From Chloroflexota bacterium (lineage in GTDB: Bacteria > Chloroflexota > Dehalococcoidia > SM23-28-2 > RBG-16-64-32): 60,839 bases of DNA. Numbering within the stretch: the stretch's first letter is position 1; each line of letters opens with the position of its first letter. The DNA is taken from assembly GCA_022561635.1 (NCBI GenBank), contig JADFQV010000003.1, forward strand, positions 1 to 60,839, given 5' to 3'. A program made the translations under genes and the position numbers. Below are positions 18,146 to 27,277 of the stretch, one piece after another. The notes under the pieces were generated by a model that made no database searches, was not told the DNA's origin, and was given only the letters and a program-made list of their open reading frames with translations.

Positions 18146-18167
18146 GATTGTTACAGTTGTCACAATC
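18146..18167. promoter_or_regulatory. 22-bp imperfect palindrome (candidate operator) upstream of the cupredoxin gene
   Basis: GATTGTTACAGTTGTCACAATC has 18 of 22 positions dyad-symmetric. The core TACAGTTGTC is one mismatch from the CopY/BlaI-type box TACAnnTGTA. It lies 135 nt upstream of ATG 18302. Confidence 0.35.
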
Positions 18168-18301
18168 TATTACGATAGAACGGGAAGGGTCAAGGCGACG
18201 CTGCTGCCTGGGTTTGCGCTCGCGGTGTGGGTCGCATTTCCCGTTTGGTTCGTATAAAGCGCTAGAAGGCGATTCCTGACAAGTCAGTAGGAGGAAAAGA
18301 G

Positions 18302-18823
18302 ATGTTCAGTCTCAGCCCCGCAAAGTGGACACGAATACTAGTGCCGATCGCTGCCGGCCTGTTGCTTTTGGCGGCAGCTTGCGGTGATGACGATGATGGA
18401 GGCGGCGACGACACATCGACGCCTGCAGCGACCGCTGACGCGACCGCTGACGCGACGGCGGCTGACGGGATTCAGACGCAGCCCGATTCGCCTCAAGAAG
18501 TCGACGCCGAAGTGACGGAAGCGGTGGACGGCGTACTCCAGATCGCGCTTGAAGACAACTTCTACACGCTGAACAATCTGAGCGTGCCGCTAGGCGAGAC
18601 GACGACGATCGAGATCGTCAACGACGGTACCGACATCCACAACATGCGCATCGCGGGACCGGACGGCGAGTTTAACACCGACGACGACTCGGTCAGTGAC
18701 CCCGAGCAGATTACGGCCGGCTCGACCGCCACTGTGGACTTCACGCCGACACTGGCCGGAACATACACCTTCCAGTGCGACTTCCATCCGGCGGAGCAGG
18801 GCGGCGTCATAGTCGTCGAATAG
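18302..18823 (+). CDS. cupredoxin-domain lipoprotein (plastocyanin/azurin-like blue copper protein)
   Basis: 173-aa ORF with AGGAGG upstream and a signal peptide with lipobox LLAAAC. The C-terminal cupredoxin has DIHNM and the FQCDFH copper-ligand motifs. Confidence 0.8.
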   Translation: MFSLSPAKWTRILVPIAAGLLLLAAACGDDDDGGGDDTSTPAATADATADATAADGIQTQPDSPQEVDAEVTEAVDGVLQIALEDNFYTLNNLSVPLGETTTIEIVNDGTDIHNMRIAGPDGEFNTDDDSVSDPEQITAGSTATVDFTPTLAGTYTFQCDFHPAEQGGVIVVE

Positions 18824-19047
18824 GAACGAACGGCAGGCTCACGCAAGCGGCGGACGGTGTGCCGATCGACGGCCCGCCCGGAGCGAGTCGATGGCGATCG
18901 CTCGTGGAAGTGTCGGGGCCGTAGCTAGCCGCGGCTTACATCTCGTAGTGGCGTCGGGGTTCTGATCGGGTGCTAGGATGATCCTGCTATGAGACTCCAG
19001 CCGAGCGTGAGTACTGGCCGGCGCGCCCGGATCGGGCGGCTCAGAAG

Positions 19048-20601
19048 TTGAGCGGCGCCCGCTACATCGTCTCGCTCGACCTCGGGACTAGCGGTCTCAA
19101 GGCTGCCCTGGTGAGCGAGCGCGGCGAGGTCGTTGCTTCGGCCTATCGCCCCGTCGAAACGATCCTCGTCGAGCCCGGCGGCGCGGAGCAGGACGCCGAG
19201 GCGATCTGGGCCGCCACGAAGGACGCGATGAGGCAGGTCGTGCAGGAGGCCTCTCGCCCGGCCCAGGAGATCATCGCCGTGGCGATAGCGAGCCAGTTCT
19301 CGTCTGTCGTTCCCGTCGATCGCTCCGGTGAGCCCGTGATGAACCTCATCCTCTGGATGGACAAGCGCGGCGGCGCCTACTCGCGTGAGATATACGGCCG
19401 GCATCCGGGGGCGATCGCCACCTGGGTCGACGTCCACGGCGCTTTGCCGCTGCCTTCTGGAAACGACACACTTTCGCACATGCTCTGGGTTAAGGAGGCG
19501 CGCCCCGACGTTTACCAGCGCACCCACAAGTTCCTGGAGCCGATGGACTACCTCACAGCGCGGCTCTCGGGTGAGATCACTGCCAACGCCTGCACGGTCT
19601 TCATGATGGTGCTCACCGACAACCGCCAGCTCGACGACGTGCACTACGACGATACGCTGATCGAGATGTCGGGAATCGACCGCGAGAAGCTTCCCGACCT
19701 GGTTCCCATTCTGTCGTCCGTCGGCACGGTGCTGCCAGCCGTGGCGGCCGAGATCGGGCTCTCGCCCGAGACGCAGGTGCTCTCCGGGCTGAACGACACG
19801 CAGGCGGTGGCCGTCGGCACGGGAACCTTCCAGGCGGGCCACGGCGGCGTCAACATCGGCACCACCAGCCAGATACTCGCGCATCGCGCGGACAAGGCAT
19901 CAGACCTGGAGCACGCCATCGTCAGCAGCCCCAGCCCCATCGCTGGTCGCTACGTGGCCATCGCGGAGAACGGCATTGGGGCGAAGGCGCTGGACCATTT
20001 CCTGACCAACGTCACGTTCGCCTCCGACGCCCTCGCCGACCACACGACGGAGGACATGTTCGGCGGCGTTGACGCACTCGTTCGGGACGTGCCGGCAGGC
20101 AGCGGCAGCGTTCTGTTCTTGCCGTGGCTGACCGGGTCGCATGCGCCGTCTTCCAACGAAAACGCCCGCGGCGGCTTTCTCAACCTCTCGCTCAGCACGA
20201 CGCGCGCACACATGGTGAGGTCGATCCTCGAGGGCGTCGCCTACAACCTGCGCTGGCTGCTGCCTTCCGTCGAGCAGTTCGCCGGGAAGGAGTTCGACGA
20301 GATATACTTCTCCGGCGGCGGCGCGCTCTCGGACGAGTGGTCACAGATACTCGCCGACGTAATGGGCCGGCCACTCCTGCAGCTCGAGGATCCGCGTCAC
20401 TGCATCACTCGGACGACGGCGTTCCTGGGGTTCGAGCGTTTGGGCCACCTGGAGATGTCCGACTTCCCCCTGATCCGCCACGTCAGGCGCACCTACGAAC
20501 CGCGACCGGAACGAAGCGCGATCTACGACGAGCTGTTCGAGCAGTTCCTCGCCGCCTTCGATCGCAACAGACCGATATTCGACTCGCTCAACGCACGATG
20601 A
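19048..20601 (+). CDS. FGGY-family carbohydrate kinase (xylulokinase-like)
   Basis: 517-aa ORF with a TTG start. It has the N-terminal YIVSLDLGTSGLKAAL motif and the C-terminal FGGY block IYFSGGGALSDEWSQILADV. Confidence 0.85.
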   Translation: MSGARYIVSLDLGTSGLKAALVSERGEVVASAYRPVETILVEPGGAEQDAEAIWAATKDAMRQVVQEASRPAQEIIAVAIASQFSSVVPVDRSGEPVMNLILWMDKRGGAYSREIYGRHPGAIATWVDVHGALPLPSGNDTLSHMLWVKEARPDVYQRTHKFLEPMDYLTARLSGEITANACTVFMMVLTDNRQLDDVHYDDTLIEMSGIDREKLPDLVPILSSVGTVLPAVAAEIGLSPETQVLSGLNDTQAVAVGTGTFQAGHGGVNIGTTSQILAHRADKASDLEHAIVSSPSPIAGRYVAIAENGIGAKALDHFLTNVTFASDALADHTTEDMFGGVDALVRDVPAGSGSVLFLPWLTGSHAPSSNENARGGFLNLSLSTTRAHMVRSILEGVAYNLRWLLPSVEQFAGKEFDEIYFSGGGALSDEWSQILADVMGRPLLQLEDPRHCITRTTAFLGFERLGHLEMSDFPLIRHVRRTYEPRPERSAIYDELFEQFLAAFDRNRPIFDSLNAR

Positions 20602-20619
20602 CAGGCATGGAGGTGCCCC

Positions 20620-22017
20620 GTGGCTAAAAGAAAAGGACCTTACCCCTACGCGGAACAGTACGGCGTCAACCGGCGCCTGCCGGAGAAGGGCCGGCCGCGC
20701 GATGAGATCCTGGCGGAGCTGAAGGAGATCGCGCAGGAAGAGGACACGTTCTGGCAGACCGGCAAGTGTTCCGGGACGATGTACTGCGGCGACATGGAGC
20801 ACTACGGCTTCATGAAAGAGGCGTTCGGAATGTACTCCCACGTCAACGCGCTGCAGCGGGACATGTGCCCAAGCGAGACACGCTTCGAGGGCGAGATCAT
20901 CGCCATGACGCTGGACATGCTGCACGCCGAGGCCGTGTCCGACGGCTCCCCCTGCGGCACCGTCACCTCCGGCGGTACCGACAGCATCCTGCACGCGCTC
21001 CTTGCCTACCGCGAGAAGTTCCGCGAAGAGCGCGACATCCAGCAGCCGGAGATCATCTTGCCGGAGACGGCGCACGCTGCCTTCCACAAGGGCGCCCACC
21101 TGTTCGGCATCAAGGTCGTGCAAGCGCCGATCGATCCGGAGACGACGCTCGTTGACGTCGACTTCGTGCGAGACCACATCACGCCGAACACGATCGCCCT
21201 GATCGGTTCGGCCTGCAACTACGGCTACGGGACGATCGACCCGATCGACAAGCTCTCGGAGCTGGCGCTGAAGCATGACATCGGCCTGCACGTCGACGGT
21301 TGCCTCGGCGGGTTCATCCTGCCGTGGGGGCAGGAGCTTGGATACGATATCCCCGTGTTCGACTTCCGGATTCCTGGCGTAACGAGCATCTCTGCGGACA
21401 CTCACAAGTACGGCTACGGGGTCAAGGGCGCATCGGTCCTCGCATTCCGCGACAAGTCTCTGCGTGCGGGCCTCTACTTCATGCTGCAGGACTGGTCGGG
21501 CGGCAAGTACGTCTCGCCCGGCATCGCTGGCAGCCGGTCGGGCGGCCTGCTGGCGGCGACGTGGGCATCGATGGTCAGCCTTGGCCGCGAGGGATACCTC
21601 AAGTACGCCAAGCGCATCTTTGAGACGTCGTTCGCGATGCAGGACATCGTGCGGCGCCACCCCGAGCTGCGAATCATGGGCGAGCCGACGTTCTGCTTCT
21701 CGTTCCTCTCCAGCGAGTTCGACATTTATCACGTCAACGACTTCATGCGAGAGCGCGGCTGGCGCTTCAACGGCCAGCAACACCCCAACGCCATCCACAT
21801 GTGCGTCACGCGGCCGCAGACGCAAGAAGGCTTGGTCGAGGAGTTCGCGAAGGACCTGGCTGAGGCCGTCGAGTACGCCAAGAACCCGAAGACCGAAAAG
21901 CCTGTCACGGGCGCGATCTACGGCGGCCTGCCGAAGGGCGAACCCGCCATCCGCGAGGCGGTCAAGGCGCGAATGACGGAGATGCTCGATACTTTCCAGG
22001 GCGTTCCACCCGAATAA
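20620..22017 (+). CDS. PLP-dependent lyase/decarboxylase, sphingosine-1-phosphate lyase-like
   Basis: 465-aa ORF. GTG 20620 has GGAGG 6 nt upstream. The PLP-lysine block TSISADTHKYGYGVKGASV closely resembles the SPL signature ISADTHKYGFAPKG. Confidence 0.8.
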   Translation: MAKRKGPYPYAEQYGVNRRLPEKGRPRDEILAELKEIAQEEDTFWQTGKCSGTMYCGDMEHYGFMKEAFGMYSHVNALQRDMCPSETRFEGEIIAMTLDMLHAEAVSDGSPCGTVTSGGTDSILHALLAYREKFREERDIQQPEIILPETAHAAFHKGAHLFGIKVVQAPIDPETTLVDVDFVRDHITPNTIALIGSACNYGYGTIDPIDKLSELALKHDIGLHVDGCLGGFILPWGQELGYDIPVFDFRIPGVTSISADTHKYGYGVKGASVLAFRDKSLRAGLYFMLQDWSGGKYVSPGIAGSRSGGLLAATWASMVSLGREGYLKYAKRIFETSFAMQDIVRRHPELRIMGEPTFCFSFLSSEFDIYHVNDFMRERGWRFNGQQHPNAIHMCVTRPQTQEGLVEEFAKDLAEAVEYAKNPKTEKPVTGAIYGGLPKGEPAIREAVKARMTEMLDTFQGVPPE

Positions 22018-22028
22018 CGCGACCGGCG

Positions 22029-23300
22029 GTGAAACAGACCGAGGTCCCTCCCGAAGCGACGGACGAAACCGACTCCGTCGCGGCGATGCCGTGGTTTCAG
22101 CGGTCGTTCGTTTCGCTACAGCATCCCCCGTTCCGGCTGTTCTGGCTGAGCAACCTCGTCTTCGCCACCGGCCTGATGGTGCAATTTACGGCCCGCGGCT
22201 GGCTGACCGTGCAGCTCACGGACTCGGCGCTCGTCCTCGGCCTGGTGGAAGGCGTCTTCGGCGTCACGTTCGCGCTGGGCTCGATTCCAGCCGGCATACT
22301 CGCTGACCGCCGCAACCGGCGCAACCTCTTGATCGCCGGCGATTCGGTGGCCCTCGTCGCTGTCGTGCTCATTGGCGCCCTGGTGGCGACGGACGCCATC
22401 GAGATCTGGCATGTGCTGGTCGCCTCGGCCGTCGGTGGCATCTTGTTCGCATTGCGGATTCCCACCGGCCAGGCGATGACCGCCCGGCTCGTGCCGGCGC
22501 CACAGATGATGAACGCGATCGCTCTCAACCAGACCGCCCAAAGCCTGCCCAGCGTGGCGGGACCCGCTGTGGGCGGCGTGCTGATCGCAATCGTGGGAAT
22601 CGCCGGTGTGTACTTCCTTACCACCGGCGCATTCGTGCTTGGCCTGCTGATGATGCTGGGCGTGGCCGCGTCGTTCGGCAACATCGATCGCGCCGGCGTC
22701 AAAAGCGTCCGCGAAGACTTTCGTGAGGCGGTCGATTACGTCCTTGCTCACCGCGATCTGCTCTCGCTCACCGCCGCCATGCTGATCCCGTTCATCCTCG
22801 GCCAGTCCTACGTCCTGCTCCTTGCGCTGTTCGTCGAACAGGAACTTGGTCTTGGGCCTGCAGCGTTCGGCGCACTCAGCGCCAGCCTCGGTCTCGGCGC
22901 CGTCGTCGGCGGGATGGCGGTCGCCACCTTCGGCGAGGAGCGCCAGATTGGCCGCATCATGTTCCTCGGCATACTGGCTACGGGCGTGGCGGCGATCGTC
23001 TACGGCCTGTCGCACTCGGTACTCCTGACGGCCGGCGTTCTCTTCGTGGCGGGCGCGGGACAGAGCGCGCTGTTCGCCGCCTACGACACGCTGCTGCTGA
23101 TTCGCCTGCCGGACGAGATGCGTGGCCGCGTCATGGGCCTGATGTTTACTCTCGTGGCCCTCTTTCCTATCGGCGCAGCTGTCGCTGGTGCAGTCGCTGA
23201 CCAGGTTGGCCTGAGGGCCGTCGCCATCGCCGAAGGCGTCATCATCATCTCGATGGCCGCCGTCGCCTGGCGGGTCGTGCTGAGCCGCACATCCGCGTAA
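22029..23300 (+). CDS. MFS transporter
   Basis: 423-aa ORF with about 12 hydrophobic segments and the MFS loop motif LADRRNRRNLL. The start is uncertain (GTG 22029 or ATG 22086). Confidence 0.8.
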   Translation: MKQTEVPPEATDETDSVAAMPWFQRSFVSLQHPPFRLFWLSNLVFATGLMVQFTARGWLTVQLTDSALVLGLVEGVFGVTFALGSIPAGILADRRNRRNLLIAGDSVALVAVVLIGALVATDAIEIWHVLVASAVGGILFALRIPTGQAMTARLVPAPQMMNAIALNQTAQSLPSVAGPAVGGVLIAIVGIAGVYFLTTGAFVLGLLMMLGVAASFGNIDRAGVKSVREDFREAVDYVLAHRDLLSLTAAMLIPFILGQSYVLLLALFVEQELGLGPAAFGALSASLGLGAVVGGMAVATFGEERQIGRIMFLGILATGVAAIVYGLSHSVLLTAGVLFVAGAGQSALFAAYDTLLLIRLPDEMRGRVMGLMFTLVALFPIGAAVAGAVADQVGLRAVAIAEGVIIISMAAVAWRVVLSRTSA

Positions 23301-23402
23301 CAGACCTATGCTTTCGGCCCACGGCGTCTGTACAAGGCCTGCGATCTGCAGATATAGTGCTATAGCCTGCACTGACCGGGCTATCGACCCGAGGAGGTTG
23401 CC

Positions 23403-24653
23403 ATGAAGATGAACGTACAGCCGATACCGACGCTCAACGAGCGGATCAACGAGATCCGGTCCTCGACGGCGGAGATCGTCAACAAGGAGATCCTTCCGCA
23501 CGAGAACGAGCTCTGGGGCTGGCGCAGCAACGGAGACGTGGCTGAGGGCAGCAGAGCACAGGCACGCGACCGGAGGGAGCAGATCAAGGCCAAGGTGAGG
23601 GAGGCTGGTCTCTGGGCGCCGCACCTGCCGAAAGAGTACGGCGGCGCCGGGCTCAGCTTCCTCGAGCACGCGTACATGAACGAGGTGCTGGCCTACGCCA
23701 TAGGCGCGGCCTCGCTGTTCGGAGTCGTCGCCCCGAACTCTGGTAACCAGACGATTCTCGTCAAGTACGGCACGGAGGAGCAGAAGAAGAAGTGGCTCAT
23801 CCCCCTCATCGAAGGACGGATGGAGTCCGGCTTCTCGATGACGGAGCCGGACCAGCCGGGCTCCGATCCGCGCTCGATCAAGACGACGGCGCGCCGCGAC
23901 GGTGACGATTGGGTGATCAACGGCCACAAGTGGTTCACCTCGAACGGCAAACGGGCGGACTTCTTTATCGTCATGTGCCGCACGGAGGACCCGGACGGCC
24001 CCGCCGACCAGAACGGAAAGATGACGCAGATCATCGTGCCCAAGGACACTCCCGGCGTGAACATAGTTCGCGGTGTCCCCGTCTGGGGCCAGGAGAGCGA
24101 CCACTGCGAGATCATCTATGACGACGTGCGTGTGCCGGTCACCAACCAGCTCGGTCAGACGGGAACCGGCCACCGGGCCGCGCAGGACCGCCTGGGTGCG
24201 GGCCGCGTCTTCCACTGCATGAACTCGGTCGGGCAGATGTCGCGGGCGTTCGATCTGATGGTCGAGCGCTCAATGGTGCGCGAGGTACGTGGCGGCCTCC
24301 TCGAGACGAAGCAGTTCATCCAGGGCTTCATCGCCGACTCGTATATCGACATCCAGGCGGCGCGCCTGATGACGATCCACTGCGCCGAGAAGATGGAGAG
24401 CATGGTCGACCCGCGCACCGACATCTCGGCGATCAAGATCTTCGTACCTGCCGCCTATCACCGCGTCGTGGACCGCGCGATCCAGGTTTGGGGCGCCGCT
24501 GGCGTCTCCGGAGACCTGCCGCTCTGGGCGATGTACCAGGGGGCGAGGACGCTGCGCCTGGCCGATGGGCCGGACGAGGTCCACAGGATCCTCATCGCCA
24601 AGAACATTCTCAAGCGCTACCACTCCGGCCAGGGCTGGGACTTCGGCAACTAG
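23403..24653 (+). CDS. acyl-CoA dehydrogenase (ACAD10/11- or FadE2-like subgroup)
   Basis: 416-aa ORF with GAGGAGG upstream. It has ACAD N/M/C domains and a C-terminal LRLADGPDEVH in place of the YEGT motif, as I recall for the ACAD10/11-type subgroup. Confidence 0.85.
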   Translation: MKMNVQPIPTLNERINEIRSSTAEIVNKEILPHENELWGWRSNGDVAEGSRAQARDRREQIKAKVREAGLWAPHLPKEYGGAGLSFLEHAYMNEVLAYAIGAASLFGVVAPNSGNQTILVKYGTEEQKKKWLIPLIEGRMESGFSMTEPDQPGSDPRSIKTTARRDGDDWVINGHKWFTSNGKRADFFIVMCRTEDPDGPADQNGKMTQIIVPKDTPGVNIVRGVPVWGQESDHCEIIYDDVRVPVTNQLGQTGTGHRAAQDRLGAGRVFHCMNSVGQMSRAFDLMVERSMVREVRGGLLETKQFIQGFIADSYIDIQAARLMTIHCAEKMESMVDPRTDISAIKIFVPAAYHRVVDRAIQVWGAAGVSGDLPLWAMYQGARTLRLADGPDEVHRILIAKNILKRYHSGQGWDFGN

Positions 24654-24710
24654 GCTTATTACTGCCGTCCGCCGTCCGCGACATCGTCGCCCGAGCGCCT
24701 TAGATGCGCG

Positions 24711-26501
24711 TCAGGATGCGTTCGGGGCGTCGGCGAGCAGTTCCTCGGGCAAGTCGACCAGCTTGGCGCGCAGGTACTCACCCAGGCTCTTGGCCTGCGG
24801 ATCGGGCCGGGTCGAGGACGAAACGCCCTCGCCGAGCAGACCGACGACGACGAAGTTGAGCGCCCGCAGGTTCGGCAGCTCGTAGCGCAGCACCTCAAGC
24901 TCCCGCGCCTCGCTCACCAGCTCCTTGAAGCGCTCGACCGTCAGGAAGTCCGCTAGCCAGGCGTACGCCGCGTCGTTCCGCGCCCAGACGCCGACGTTGG
25001 CGTTGCCGCCCTTGTCTCCGGAACGAGCGCCGAAGATGGCGCCCAGCGGCTCGCGTGAGGTCGGTCCCGCAGGCACCGCGACAGAGGGCGCGGCGGCGGG
25101 TTCCACGGTCACGCTCTCCTCCGGTTTAGCGGCCGGGACGGGAATCCGCGAGCCGTCATGCGTCACGACCACTTCGTCGATGGCGTCAACGCTCACGAGC
25201 GCCGGCCAGTAGACGCCGAAGGCGTTCTCCGAGGAGAGCCCGGACGCCGTGTGGAACCCTGGGTAGTTGGCGAGCGCCATCTCCACGACTTTCGCCGAAA
25301 ACGCACGGCCGACCTTCTGAGCGTCCTTGTCCTTGACGGTAATCCGCAGGTAGGCGCCGGCTTCCTCGTTCGACTGTGGGTCGTCCTTGTCCGAGCGGGT
25401 GAGCCTGACGTCGACTTCGTCGAACTGCTCCTTGCCTCCCAGCTCAGCGAGCAGCGTCTCCTCCGCCAGCTTCGCCTTCTCCTCGATGTCGAGGCCCGTG
25501 AGGACGAACGTCATCGTGTTGCGGAAGCCGCCCAGGTAGTTGATGCAGACTTTCGTCGTATCGGGAGCCGGCTCGCCGCGCACACCGCTCACGCGAACCC
25601 GGTCGGGCCCTTCCTGCTCCAGCTCGATCGTGTCGAAGCGCGCCACGACGTCCGGGTTCAGGTAGCGCTCGCTGCCGATCTCGTAGAGCAGCTGGGCGGT
25701 GACGGTGCCGGTGGAGACGAGCCCGCCGGTGCCCTCATGCTTGGTCACGATGAACGAACCGTCGTCGTGCATCTCGGCGATCGGGAAGCCGGGATGCTCG
25801 AGCCCCGGCACCTCCTGGAAGAAGGAGTAGTTGCCGCCGGTGGCCTGAGCGCCGCACTCCAGGATGTGGCCCGCGACAACCGAAGAGGCGAGCCGGTCCC
25901 AGTCCGACCGGCCCCAGCCGAAGTGCCAGGCGGTCGGCCCGACGACGACGGACGCGTCGGTGACGCGCGGGGCAATGACGACGTCGGCGCCGCTGTTGAG
26001 CGCCTCGACGATGCCCCATGCGCCCAGGTAAGCGTTGGCCGCGATCGGCTGGATGCCCGCCGCCGCGAGCGGTTGGCCGCTGTCGAGGTGGGCCAGCTCC
26101 TCGCCGCCCGCCTGCAGATCCGGGAGCTTCGCCAGGATGTCGTCGCCTTCGATGTGCGCGATGTTCGCCTGCAGGCCGAGGCCGTCGGAAAGGGCGCGCA
26201 TCCGCGTGGCGAGCGCTGCCGGGTTGAGCCCGCCGGCGTTGGTGACGATCTTGATCCCCTTGTCGAGGCAAGTTCCGAGCACCTCTTCCATCTGCTTCAG
26301 GAACGTCCGCGCGTAGCCGCCCTCGCTGTCCTTCTGCTTCATCTTCCAGAGAATGAGCAGCGTCAGCTCTGCGAGATAGTCGCCCGTCAGGAAGTCGATC
26401 GGCCCGCCCTCGACCATCTCGCGAGCGGCCGAAAGGCGATCGCCGTAGAAGCCGGAGCAGTTGGCGATGCGCAGGACTGGCTTCGCTTCGTTAGCCATCA
26501 C
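24711..26501 (-). CDS. acyclic terpene utilisation AtuA-family protein (DUF1446)
   Basis: 596-aa ORF. The N-terminus LRIANCSGFYGDRLSAAREMVEGGPIDFLTGDYLAELTL is characteristic of AtuA/DUF1446. It is the last gene of the carboxylase operon. Confidence 0.8.
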   Translation of the reverse strand: MMANEAKPVLRIANCSGFYGDRLSAAREMVEGGPIDFLTGDYLAELTLLILWKMKQKDSEGGYARTFLKQMEEVLGTCLDKGIKIVTNAGGLNPAALATRMRALSDGLGLQANIAHIEGDDILAKLPDLQAGGEELAHLDSGQPLAAAGIQPIAANAYLGAWGIVEALNSGADVVIAPRVTDASVVVGPTAWHFGWGRSDWDRLASSVVAGHILECGAQATGGNYSFFQEVPGLEHPGFPIAEMHDDGSFIVTKHEGTGGLVSTGTVTAQLLYEIGSERYLNPDVVARFDTIELEQEGPDRVRVSGVRGEPAPDTTKVCINYLGGFRNTMTFVLTGLDIEEKAKLAEETLLAELGGKEQFDEVDVRLTRSDKDDPQSNEEAGAYLRITVKDKDAQKVGRAFSAKVVEMALANYPGFHTASGLSSENAFGVYWPALVSVDAIDEVVVTHDGSRIPVPAAKPEESVTVEPAAAPSVAVPAGPTSREPLGAIFGARSGDKGGNANVGVWARNDAAYAWLADFLTVERFKELVSEARELEVLRYELPNLRALNFVVVGLLGEGVSSSTRPDPQAKSLGEYLRAKLVDLPEELLADAPNAS

Positions 26502-27277
26502 TCACCTCCGGCCCAGCGCGGCGGCCGCTTCTGCGCGAAGGCCGTCATTCCCTCGAGCGCTTCTTCGGATCCGAAATATTCCGCCGACCACTCAGACGTC
26601 TGCGCGAACGCGTCGTCCAGCGTCATGCCGGGGACTTCGCGGACGAGCCGCTTGCAGCCCCAGAGCGCTCCGGGAGCGCCCTTCAGAACGCTTGCCACGT
26701 AGCCGTTCACCGTTTCGTCGAGCTGCTCCGCGGGCACAGCGGCGTTGAGGAGGCCGCAGCGAGCGGCCTCAGTCGCGTCGAACGTCTCGCCGGTCAGAAA
26801 GAGCTCCATCGCCTTCGTCACGCCCAGCTTGGGGATGATGACGACGGAGATGATCGCCGGAATGAGGCCGAGGCGCACCTCGCTGAAGGCAAACGTCGCC
26901 TCTTCCACCGCGACGGCCATGTCGCAGGCAGCGATCAGGCCGATGCCGCCGGCGCGGGTTGGCCCGCCGACGCGAGCGATCACCGGCTTCGGCGAGCGCC
27001 AGATGGTCTTGAGGATCGTCACCAGGCCGCCGGGGCCCGCGGGCTGTCCGGGCGGGCCGCCGCCGCGCATCTCCTTCAGATCGGCGCCCGAGCAGAAGAC
27101 GGGGCCGGTGTGCGTGAGGACGATCAGCCGCGCCGCGTCGTCGCTGAGCGCCACTTCGAGGCTTGTTTCCAGGCCGCTCATCAGGGCGCGGGAAAGCGCG
27201 TTGCGGTTTGAGGGAGAGTCGAGCGTGATCGTGGCCACGCCGCCTGCGATCTCGAGGTGAACGAGTTCCTCGCTCAT
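26498..27277 (-). CDS. enoyl-CoA hydratase/isomerase (methylglutaconyl-/isohexenylglutaconyl-CoA hydratase-like)
   Basis: ORF 26498..27358 trimmed to ATG 27277, a 4-nt overlap with the upstream stop. It has the crotonase fold (VFCSGADLKE, GGGIGLIAACD). Confidence 0.85.
   Translation of the reverse strand: MSEELVHLEIAGGVATITLDSPSNRNALSRALMSGLETSLEVALSDDAARLIVLTHTGPVFCSGADLKEMRGGGPPGQPAGPGGLVTILKTIWRSPKPVIARVGGPTRAGGIGLIAACDMAVAVEEATFAFSEVRLGLIPAIISVVIIPKLGVTKAMELFLTGETFDATEAARCGLLNAAVPAEQLDETVNGYVASVLKGAPGALWGCKRLVREVPGMTLDDAFAQTSEWSAEYFGSEEALEGMTAFAQKRPPRWAGGE

Noticed and set aside
18428-18466. A 12-nt tandem repeat GCGACCGCTGAC (x2, plus a 15-nt variant) as a possible CRISPR or VNTR element.
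   Set aside because: It lies inside the cupredoxin coding sequence and simply encodes the low-complexity linker ATAD-ATAD-ATAAD. It has no spacers and is too short for a CRISPR array.
22116-24215. Very long ORFs antisense to, or out of frame with, the called genes. Examples are 22116..24215 (699 aa), 20341..21825, 25158..26702, 29061..30740, 54529..56118, 7491..8594, 10540..11646 and 35629..36669.
   Set aside because: Their translations are dominated by Arg/Ala/Gly/Pro/His runs with no recognisable motifs. Each overlaps a gene with clear family signatures on the other strand or frame. These are the usual stop-codon-poor shadow frames of high-GC DNA.
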